From assembly GCA_043753995.1 (NCBI GenBank), contig JAYUVP010000083.1, positions 1 to 17,239 of the forward strand: DNA of 17,239 nucleotides, written 5' to 3'. The notes beneath the pieces are model-generated. The model had not been told where the DNA came from. It saw only the letters and a program-made list of their open reading frames with translations, and ran no database searches. A program made the translations under genes and the position numbers. Source of the DNA: Fibrobacterota bacterium. Its GTDB lineage: Bacteria; Fibrobacterota; Fibrobacteria; UBA11236. Positions 8,183 to 15,714 of this stretch are shown in pieces. Numbering within the stretch: position 1 is the first letter of the stretch; each line of letters opens with the position of its first letter.

Positions 8183-9145
8183 TTAAAGGGGGCAACCCGC
8201 GGCGATGCGGGCTTTGATTTCGGTATACAAATCGCGCAGAGAGTCCTCGATCCGAATGATGGGCTTCCATCCTGTGAGTTGCATGATTTTTTCGGGGGAA
8301 CCCACCAGCAGAGGAATGTCGATGGCGCGCTCGCGCGCAGGATCGACACGGGTTTCAATGGGACAACCCGAGAGCGAGCTTAAAAATTTCACGAGATCAC
8401 GTATGGTGCGCGCCTTGCCTGAGCACACATTATATACTTCGCCCGGCACGGAACGCTTCATAAGCATGGCGATGGCACGAGCCTGATCGCGTACATCAAG
8501 ATAATCGCGCCCGACGTCAAGATTGCCAGCATAAATGACGGTTTCCCCGTCATGCAATTCGATGCGGGCAATTTGGTCAGCGACGGATGGCAAAACGAAT
8601 TTGCGAGGTTGAAAGGGTCCGGTGACGCCAAAGGGGCGAACGACTGACACATCGAGATGATGCGCATTCAAATGTTGACGCGCTAGCAATTCGCAACTGG
8701 CCATGGCCGTGGCATAGGTGGAAAAAGGAATGGCGGGATCCGCTTCGCGGTGAATGACGTCCACAACCCCACGCCCACCCCCGTAAACTTCAGCTGAACT
8801 GACCAGCATGACGCGAGCTTTCGGCACGGCATGCCGAATGGCTTCAAAAAGATTTTGGGTGCCGAGGATCAGATTTTGCAACACCGTATTTGGTTTGGCT
8901 TGATTTCCCAAATTCATTTCTTGGGAAACCAAGTGATAGATTTCGCTCGGCTTATGCTCTTGCAGCAAGTTTAAGGTTTGCTTGAAGTCGAGTAAATCCG
9001 AGGCGGCATAAGAGGCATGTCCAAGCCGGAAATATTCGTCGGGCAAATTTGCGGAAACGCTAATGAGTTCGCCTGGGCCATGCCCTAATAGTTGTAATAG
9101 GTGATAGCCCAAGCAACTTTCACCGCCAACAAGCATGACGCTCAT
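8183..9145 (-). CDS. Extended SDR, GDP-mannose 4,6-dehydratase / GDP-4-keto-6-deoxymannose reductase (RMD)-like, with degenerate catalytic motifs
   Basis: 320 aa. Motifs: DLLD...PSEIYHL, GTQNLFEAI, VSSAEVYG, RPFGVTGP, QIARIE, GNLDVGRDYLDVRD, GEVYNVCSG, LVGSPEKIMQLTGWKP. The Rossmann motif reads GGESCLG and the YxxxK motif reads YATAM. RBS GAGG upstream. Confidence 0.85.
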   Translation of the reverse strand: MSVMLVGGESCLGYHLLQLLGHGPGELISVSANLPDEYFRLGHASYAASDLLDFKQTLNLLQEHKPSEIYHLVSQEMNLGNQAKPNTVLQNLILGTQNLFEAIRHAVPKARVMLVSSAEVYGGGRGVVDVIHREADPAIPFSTYATAMASCELLARQHLNAHHLDVSVVRPFGVTGPFQPRKFVLPSVADQIARIELHDGETVIYAGNLDVGRDYLDVRDQARAIAMLMKRSVPGEVYNVCSGKARTIRDLVKFLSSLSGCPIETRVDPARERAIDIPLLVGSPEKIMQLTGWKPIIRIEDSLRDLYTEIKARIAAGCPL

Positions 9146-9158
9146 GAATCTTGCCTCG

Positions 9159-10787
9159 TCATGCGACTACGGCCTCAATGGCATTCAGAACGAGATTTTT
9201 TTCTGGGCCTTTCACCGCGACCACGTTTCCGATACGGGTCGGCAGAATGAAAACAAGCTTGCCGTCCTTGGCTTTTTTGTCGAGCGCCATGGCTTCATAA
9301 GCCTTTTCGAGATCAAGATTGCGGCCAAAGGCCTTAGGCAATTCCAAGGCATCCAGCAAATGATTTTGCCTGGCTTCCTCTTCGGCGGACATCATGCCTA
9401 ACAAAAAGGAAAGACGGGCAGCGCAGCGCATGCCCAGCGCCACAGCTAGGCCATGCGGCAAATTCCCGTAACCGGCCATGACTTCGAAGGCATGGCCGAA
9501 TGTGTGGCCATAATTCAAAATGGCTCGGCCGCTGTCGCGCAATTCTCGCTCGTCATCGCCCACGACTTCGGCCTTGATGGCGCAACTGCGTCGCACAACG
9601 TGTTTGAGAACGGCATTCTCGCGGGCTAAAAGGCCGGGTGCATTTTTTTCGAGATAGGCGAAAAACTCCGGATCACGTATGACCCCGTATTTCACGACTT
9701 CTGCAATGCCTGCCAAGAATTCTTGCTTTGGCAGGGTCGCCAAAGTGTTTAGACTGATAGCGACCGCGCGCGGCTGCCAAAAGGCACCGATGAGGTTTTT
9801 ACCCAGCGGGTGATTGATGCCGGTTTTGCCGCCGACACTGCTATCGACCATGGCGAGTAAGGTGGTGGGTACTTGGATGAAGTCAACGCCGCGCATGTAA
9901 ACTGAGGCCGCGAATCCCGCCATATCGCCACCTACGCCGCCGCTCACGGCGATTACCGCGGTTTTACGTGAAAAGCCATGCCTGAGCATGAAGGTGAGCA
10001 GTTTGTTTACGGACTTGAGATTCTTTTCGCTTTCCCCAGCGCGAAACCAAAAGGTGGCGCAATTGCCCACGGTTTCACGAATACGCTGAATGAAATCGCC
10101 TTGCTTCTGGCGCAGTAAATTGTCCGAGACGATGATGCAGCGACCGGGGCAATTCACCTTGTCGAGAATGCTGTCGAGATGTTGGCTCAAATCATTCTCG
10201 ATATAAATCGGATAGCGCCTCTCGCCCAATTCGACCCATAGGGGATTGCATTCTTCGATTTGCAGACGATGAATGATACGCCGGGTGAGTATGTGATGGG
10301 GAGTATCTTCGGCGGATTCGAATTGGAAATCTGCCAAATCATAAAGGGGTTGGCGCAAAGCCAGCATTTCTCGTATGCGAGCGAGTTTGGCATCGTCTTC
10401 GAGACCGGCCAGCAGGGGACGACTTTCCTTTTTGCGATTCACCCTTTGCAGAATGATTTCCGGATCGGCATAAAGGTTCACCAAGGCCCCGCTACGACGC
10501 ACCATGGCTAAGGCTTCCGGCGAAAGGAGGGTTCCTCCGCCGAGAGAGCAAACAAAAGGTCCTTGCCCTTCCAAATCGCGCAAGGCTTCTACTTCCATGC
10601 GGCGAAATTCCGCCTCGCCCTTTTCGGCGAAGATTTGCGGTATGCCCATGCCGGCTTTATCTTCGACGCATTTATCTGTGTCGAAATAGGGGCGGTCCAA
10701 GGAGGCTGCGATCAATTGGCCGATGCGGCTTTTGCCGGTGGCCATGAAGCCGGTCAGAAAAACATTGCGATGCAGAGGTAAAGTCAT
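9159..10787 (-). CDS. aroB: Bifunctional shikimate kinase / 3-dehydroquinate synthase (AroK-AroB fusion)
   Basis: N-terminal ~180 aa (AroK): FLTGFMATGKS P-loop, FDTD, IFAEKGEAEFR, SLGGG, RPLL, RQPLY. Remainder (AroB): GESEKN, GGVGGDMAGFAASVYMRG, VPTTLLAMVDSSVGGKTGIN, KNLIGAFWQP, AEVVKYG, RAILNYGHTFGHAFE, DKK. Confidence 0.95.
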   Translation of the reverse strand: MTLPLHRNVFLTGFMATGKSRIGQLIAASLDRPYFDTDKCVEDKAGMGIPQIFAEKGEAEFRRMEVEALRDLEGQGPFVCSLGGGTLLSPEALAMVRRSGALVNLYADPEIILQRVNRKKESRPLLAGLEDDAKLARIREMLALRQPLYDLADFQFESAEDTPHHILTRRIIHRLQIEECNPLWVELGERRYPIYIENDLSQHLDSILDKVNCPGRCIIVSDNLLRQKQGDFIQRIRETVGNCATFWFRAGESEKNLKSVNKLLTFMLRHGFSRKTAVIAVSGGVGGDMAGFAASVYMRGVDFIQVPTTLLAMVDSSVGGKTGINHPLGKNLIGAFWQPRAVAISLNTLATLPKQEFLAGIAEVVKYGVIRDPEFFAYLEKNAPGLLARENAVLKHVVRRSCAIKAEVVGDDERELRDSGRAILNYGHTFGHAFEVMAGYGNLPHGLAVALGMRCAARLSFLLGMMSAEEEARQNHLLDALELPKAFGRNLDLEKAYEAMALDKKAKDGKLVFILPTRIGNVVAVKGPEKNLVLNAIEAVVA

Positions 10788-10788
10788 G

Positions 10789-11667
10789 TCAGTGGGGCTT
10801 TTTCGCGAGCAAGTTTTCTGTCAGGGCTTGCCTTGTGGTGCTAAAGAGTAAGCCCGGATCGCAATCTATGCCGGTCCAGATTTTAAAAGCGGCGGCTCCC
10901 TGATAAATGAGCATACCCAGTCCACCTACGGTTTGCAATCCCCGTTTATTCGCCATTTGTAATAGCAAGGTGTTTTCCGGAGTATAGACGATATCGTAAA
11001 TCACCTGGCCGGGACGCAAGGCTTCTTCGGGAAGCGGGGAGGAATTCACCGCGGGAAGCATTCCCAAGGGCGTGGTATTCACTACGACCTGAATTCCTTC
11101 GGCGTATTCGGTATATTCGTTCAAGGTGTAACAGTTCAGCTTTATCCCGGTCTTAGCAAATACCTCATCGGCTAGGGTGCGAGACTTGTCAAGGTCCCGG
11201 GCCACCAGAGTGATGCTTAGCGTTTGCTCCATCATGGCGAGAGTAAAAGCGATGGTGCGAGCGGATCCCCCATTGCCGAGAATGGCAACGGATTTTTTCT
11301 CAAAGGAATGGCCCGCCTTATAAAATCCCTCGCGAAAACCGATGGGATCGGTCGTGGTGCCGACGAGGCGACCGTTCTCATTCACTATGGTATTGACGGC
11401 TCCGATTTTTTGGGAAAGTTCGGAGACTTCATCGAGAAGGGGTATGACGGCTTGCTTATAAGGTAGGGTCACATTTGCGCCGCGAAAATGAAATGCTCTC
11501 AAAGCCTTCAGGGCCACCGGTAAATCCGGGGCGGCGACAGGCAACGGGATATAAGCCAAATCAAGGCCATAATGGGCGTATGCCGCATTGTGCATGACGG
11601 GTGAAAGAGAATGGTGAACGGGATTCCCTAGGATACCGATCAGCCTTGTCGTGCCTTTGATGCCCAT
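10789..11667 (-). CDS. aroE: Shikimate dehydrogenase (292 aa; start reassigned to ATG at 11667)
   Basis: MGIKGTTRLIGILGNPVHHSLSPVMHN is a typical AroE N-terminus. Further motifs: GANVTLPYK, IGAVNT, TD, LGNGGSAR, VNTTPLGM, YDIVYTP, GLGMLIYQG. The 116 aa the ORF track places upstream lie inside the neighbouring gene and do not resemble AroE. Confidence 0.93.
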   Translation of the reverse strand: MGIKGTTRLIGILGNPVHHSLSPVMHNAAYAHYGLDLAYIPLPVAAPDLPVALKALRAFHFRGANVTLPYKQAVIPLLDEVSELSQKIGAVNTIVNENGRLVGTTTDPIGFREGFYKAGHSFEKKSVAILGNGGSARTIAFTLAMMEQTLSITLVARDLDKSRTLADEVFAKTGIKLNCYTLNEYTEYAEGIQVVVNTTPLGMLPAVNSSPLPEEALRPGQVIYDIVYTPENTLLLQMANKRGLQTVGGLGMLIYQGAAAFKIWTGIDCDPGLLFSTTRQALTENLLAKKPH

Positions 11668-13625
11668 GGATTCGAAGGGGACGGTGAGTTGGGATTCAAT
11701 ATCAGAGCGACCAGCCCGTCCAGCAATAGTAACATAACCGCTGCTCCCAACCAGAAAGGCCAAGTCGACTTCGCGCCACGAAAGTTCATCTTCGAAAATG
11801 CCTTGTTGGTCACGAGAATTTGCTTGCCGAGGTTCTGCAATTCGGCAGGTAGGGATAAGGACCAAGCCTGTTCCGTTGGGTTCGGTCCGCCAATGTCTTC
11901 TTGGGGTGAATTCAAATTGACTTGCAGGGTCGTTGTGTCCCGGCCCTGAATAACGGTATAGAGTCCAACCTGGGGAAAAGGTCCTATGCGCAATCCTTCC
12001 AGACCTTGTTGCCAACGACGGAAAGGCTTGCCCACGGGGTTCAGTACCACGATCTCCCCGTCACGACTAGGTAAAGCGGCCACCGAATCGGATGCCACGG
12101 CAATCACCTTATCTGCGCCAATCAGCGATTGAAAGAAAGCTTGATGCATTAGCGGCAGAAAGGGTGAAAGTCCTAGATCCGACCAAGTAAGGCTATCCAG
12201 CGAGGTCAGCCAAAGCAATAGAGAACCACGCCCGAATCGCTTATGCAAGAGCAAGGGTTTTTGTCCCGCTGACAACAAAATGGAGCAGGAAGAGTCCGGC
12301 TCTAGACCCCAAGCGCGAACCACCTTTCCCGGCTGTCCCCAGCGGGAGGGATCCCATTGTTGGCGCGCGAAGGCATCTTCATGCACACGCACGGTTTGCC
12401 CCGAATCTTTCGGCAACCAGGACGTCAATCTTCCGGCAGATAATGGGGCCAGTAGACGGCTATTGAGGGCCACCGCGTCGGTGCCCGGTCCCATGCTGAC
12501 AATGAGGCCGCCCCCTTCAAGCACAAAGGCGGCCAGGCGCTCTAAATCATCGCTGGCGGGTGTCATCCCGGCAATCATGACAGCCGCATAGGCCTGACCT
12601 TCATTTTCCACCAGGGAGGGGAGGGATTGGCCCTCGGATAAGTGATTGACAAGGGAGCGGTTTTCTGGACGTGAAAGCGATGGCAGGCTCGACCAAGTAC
12701 TCCCCAAATGCAGCACCCGGCTGGATTCGTTTCGATGCATCGCGAAATGCCAAATGCTCCAGGGTCCTTGGGCCTCGGCCTTGGCGTCGAGGCTGATTTT
12801 TCCCGCCAACTTCTCGGTTTCCATCAAGACCAGCGAAAAAGTTTGGTCCTTCGCCGATAGCGGTTTGACTAAGCCAGACTCGAATTGGACATGGGCTCCC
12901 ATTTTGGATGACGCCGCAAAGTTTGCGCTGACGGCAGAGGCAAAAAGCGTGCTTTGTCCATTCGAGTCGGGTCGTATTTCCACCTTGGTCCAATGGGGTA
13001 GGGGTTTTGTTTGCGAGGTCAAATCCCATAGGACCAGGCGTCGGTCTGGATTTTCCTTCAACCAATTTCCTAACAAGGGCAAGGCGGGCGCCAATCGGTC
13101 CCAACGATAGACGGGCAGCAATAGGATATCCCCATGACGGTGGTCACGCGTGGTCGCAAGGGCGCGTGAGGCGGCATTTTCGACATCGCCCCATCGTGAT
13201 TCAGAGTTGGCGGGACCCGGCTCAATCAACCAGGGAATGCGTTGAAATCCTTCGCTCCATTGGGCCTCCAAGTGGCGACTTTCTTGCAATTGAGCTTGCA
13301 GGGCATTGCCGCCTTCGGTCGAAGGTAAGGTGGCATAAGCGCCATTGTCGATGAGCATGACACCGCTACGAGGCCAAAGGCCCGATTGGCGTCGCACGGG
13401 CTGAGCCAAGGCCAAAACCAAACACGCAAGCAGCAAAAGTCGAATGATTAATTGAAGCAAGTCACGCAGGCGTTGCTTTTGCATGGCCTGGGGAAAGCCT
13501 TGCCTCAAAAGCAGCAAGCTGGGAAAAGCGATTTCCTTAGGCTTGGATCGATGGCGTAAATGCAGCCACAGGGGAATGCCTAAGGTCGCGGCCAGCCAAA
13601 GCGCACCGGGGTGCAGCCATTCCAT
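11640..13625 (-). CDS. BatA N-terminal (aerotolerance regulator) domain membrane protein with degenerate vWA-like and probable GATase-like domains and a C-terminal TM helix
   Basis: 661 aa. The N-terminus WLHPGALWLAATLGIPLWLHLRHRSKPKEIAFPSLLLL...LLQLIIRLLLLACLVLALAQP fits the BatA-N double-TM pattern. LERLAAFVLEGGGLIVSMG and PLLLHKRFGRGSLLLW fit a class-I GATase-like fold. The C-terminus has a hydrophobic helix WPFWLGAAVMLLLLDGLVALIL. It lies directly downstream of a DUF58 gene, as is usual. Confidence 0.8.
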   Translation of the reverse strand: MEWLHPGALWLAATLGIPLWLHLRHRSKPKEIAFPSLLLLRQGFPQAMQKQRLRDLLQLIIRLLLLACLVLALAQPVRRQSGLWPRSGVMLIDNGAYATLPSTEGGNALQAQLQESRHLEAQWSEGFQRIPWLIEPGPANSESRWGDVENAASRALATTRDHRHGDILLLPVYRWDRLAPALPLLGNWLKENPDRRLVLWDLTSQTKPLPHWTKVEIRPDSNGQSTLFASAVSANFAASSKMGAHVQFESGLVKPLSAKDQTFSLVLMETEKLAGKISLDAKAEAQGPWSIWHFAMHRNESSRVLHLGSTWSSLPSLSRPENRSLVNHLSEGQSLPSLVENEGQAYAAVMIAGMTPASDDLERLAAFVLEGGGLIVSMGPGTDAVALNSRLLAPLSAGRLTSWLPKDSGQTVRVHEDAFARQQWDPSRWGQPGKVVRAWGLEPDSSCSILLSAGQKPLLLHKRFGRGSLLLWLTSLDSLTWSDLGLSPFLPLMHQAFFQSLIGADKVIAVASDSVAALPSRDGEIVVLNPVGKPFRRWQQGLEGLRIGPFPQVGLYTVIQGRDTTTLQVNLNSPQEDIGGPNPTEQAWSLSLPAELQNLGKQILVTNKAFSKMNFRGAKSTWPFWLGAAVMLLLLDGLVALILNPNSPSPSNPWASKARQG

Positions 13626-13630
13626 ATCTT

Positions 13631-14530
13631 TTATTTCCCCGGTCTTGCGCCGAAGTCACGCAAAAAGGCGCGCAAACTGATGTCAGGCGGTGCCGCCATA
13701 TCGAGCGAAAGCCAATGCACCCCGAGGTCCTGACTGGCTCCACGCACCTCGTCCAAATGTTTTTGCAGAGCCTTTTCGTATTCGGCCTGAAAAGCTTCTG
13801 GCTGCAAGCGAAGCTGCTCGCCACTTTCCAGATCGCGATAGATGATATCGCCTTGTTCGCGCAATTGTCTTTCACCTGGATCGCTGACATGCACCAGGGC
13901 AACGCTCTGGTTTCTTGCGCGTATTTGCCTCAGACCCAAAAGCAGGGGCGCGGGGTCTTGCCACAAATCGGTAAAAATCAAGATCATGCTGCCCGATTTC
14001 AGTCGCTGAGCGGCGAGACCGAGCAAGTTTTGCAAATCGGTATTGCCCGCTGGCTTCAAAGATTCCAAGCGTCGCAGGGCTTCTTGATAATGCGCGCCGC
14101 CCGAGCGAGGTGGCAATTCACCTTCCATGCCATGGGCGCCATGTAATAGCGAAATGGCATCCCGCTGGCGAAAGGCCAGAGTGGCCAAGGCTGCGGCGAA
14201 GAGAGAGGCAAAGGACAATTTGGTGAATGCCCCTCCCGTGGGAAAGCCCATGGAGGCCGAAGTATCGAGAATGAGGTAAAGCGTGGTATTGGTTTCGTCG
14301 CGGAAACGTTTGACCACGGCATGGCCGGTGCGCCCAAATACTTTCCAATCGAAAAAGCGCGGGTCGTCGCCCGGAGTATATCCGCGATATTGATCAAACT
14401 CGGCGCTGAAGCCTTGAAACGGCGAGCGATGTATTCCCGCAAGCGTGCCGGAAAGCAAAGTCTCGGCGCGCAAACGCAAATTGCCGAGGCCGGCCAGCAA
14501 ATCAAGAGTCAGAGACGTGGCCGCCGGCAT
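13631..14530 (-). CDS. DUF58 domain-containing protein (vWA-like, MoxR-associated family; 299 aa; start reassigned to ATG at 14530)
   Basis: Motifs: GIHRSPFQGFSAEFDQYRGYTPGDDPRFFDWKVFGRT, VVKRFRDETN, ILDTSASM (intact DxSxS), GNTDL, IFTDLW. RBS AGGTGA lies 7 nt before the ATG at 14530, which is 11 nt after the hflX stop. Confidence 0.92.
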   Translation of the reverse strand: MPAATSLTLDLLAGLGNLRLRAETLLSGTLAGIHRSPFQGFSAEFDQYRGYTPGDDPRFFDWKVFGRTGHAVVKRFRDETNTTLYLILDTSASMGFPTGGAFTKLSFASLFAAALATLAFRQRDAISLLHGAHGMEGELPPRSGGAHYQEALRRLESLKPAGNTDLQNLLGLAAQRLKSGSMILIFTDLWQDPAPLLLGLRQIRARNQSVALVHVSDPGERQLREQGDIIYRDLESGEQLRLQPEAFQAEYEKALQKHLDEVRGASQDLGVHWLSLDMAAPPDISLRAFLRDFGARPGK

Positions 14531-14541
14531 GGTTCGTTCAC

Positions 14542-15714
14542 CTAATGGTCTGGGCTGTTTTCCGCAGCGGCATCCGACCCATTCGAAAAAGGATCGCCCG
14601 GCTTTTGGGTCAGCCCCTGTTCGAAGCGATGACGATCGTATTGTTCGGCCAAGCGATTGCGCAAGGTGTCGAGGCCTTGCTTCTTTTCCGCCGAAACCCA
14701 AAGGGCCGCAGGATAACGCCCGCGGAGAATTTCGAGGCGCTCGGGATCGACTAAATCGATTTTATTGAAAACGATGACGCGGGGGGTCTCGACAATGCCC
14801 AATTCCTTGAGCACAGTGGCGGTGATTTCCATTTGCTCTTCGAATTCGTCGGAACCCGCGTCCACCAAATGCAAAATCACATTGGCCTGCAAAGCCACGC
14901 TTAGCGTGCTTTTGAAAGCTGTGAAAAGGTCATGAGGCAGCTTGCGAATGAAGCCCACGGTGTCAGAAAGGACGGCGCTGCGTCCACTGCCCAGCCAGAG
15001 TTTGCGCGTGGTCGGGTCGAGGGTGGCGAAAAGTTTATCCACCGCCTGCACATGCGATTGAGTGAGGGCATTCATCAAGGTGCTTTTGCCCGCATTGGTA
15101 TAGCCAACCACGGCAGCATGAAAGGTCGGTATGCGATGCCTATGCTGGCCTTCGCGTATGATTTCCACCTTTTCCAATTTTCGATTGAGATCGGCGATGC
15201 GCTTGCGCACCATGCGGCGATCAACTTCTAGCTGGGTTTCTCCCGGTCCACGCATGCCTATGCCCACGCCGCCGGCTTGCCGACTCAGATGGGTCCAAGC
15301 ATTAGTGAGGCGGGGCAGGAGATATTCGAGTTGGGCGACTTCGACCTGAATTTTTGCCTCAGCGGTTTTGGCATGCTTGGCGAAAATGTCGAGTATGATG
15401 GCGCTGCGATCGAGGATTTTGATTGGAATGACTTTTTCCAGGTTTTTCACCTGGGAGCCCGACAGATCTTCATCGAAGATGACAATGTCGGCGTCATGAA
15501 CCTTGACCAATTCGCCGATTTCACGAACCTTGCCTTCGCCAACAAGGGTGGAGGGATCGAGTTGAGCCCGCCTCTGGACGAGGCGGTCGACAACTACGGC
15601 TCCTGCGGTTTCAGCTAGTCGGGCCAATTCGTCGAGATGGTCCTTTAAAACACTGGCCGAGGTTTTCAAGGTGGCCACGCCTACCAAAATAGCCCGCTCG
15701 GGCCCGCTTCTCAT
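14542..15714 (-). CDS. hflX: Ribosome-splitting GTPase HflX (start 15714 by ATGA overlap with the guaA stop; 15720 also possible)
   Basis: Motifs: ELARLAETAG, VGEGKV, ILDRSAIILDIFAKHAKTAEAKIQVEVAQLEYLLPRL, RGPGETQLEVDRR, G1 GYTNAGKST, LFATLDPT, G3 DTVGF, G4 NKID. Confidence 0.97.
   Translation of the reverse strand: MRSGPERAILVGVATLKTSASVLKDHLDELARLAETAGAVVVDRLVQRRAQLDPSTLVGEGKVREIGELVKVHDADIVIFDEDLSGSQVKNLEKVIPIKILDRSAIILDIFAKHAKTAEAKIQVEVAQLEYLLPRLTNAWTHLSRQAGGVGIGMRGPGETQLEVDRRMVRKRIADLNRKLEKVEIIREGQHRHRIPTFHAAVVGYTNAGKSTLMNALTQSHVQAVDKLFATLDPTTRKLWLGSGRSAVLSDTVGFIRKLPHDLFTAFKSTLSVALQANVILHLVDAGSDEFEEQMEITATVLKELGIVETPRVIVFNKIDLVDPERLEILRGRYPAALWVSAEKKQGLDTLRNRLAEQYDRHRFEQGLTQKPGDPFSNGSDAAAENSPDH

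Noticed and set aside
11668..12015. 116-aa N-terminal extension of AroE in the ORF track
   Set aside because: It lies wholly inside the BatA-like CDS in another frame and has no domain-like character. The AroE consensus begins at MGIKGTT.
14531..14701. 57-aa N-terminal extension of the DUF58 ORF
   Set aside because: It overlaps the hflX 3' end, and a good RBS precedes the ATG at 14530.
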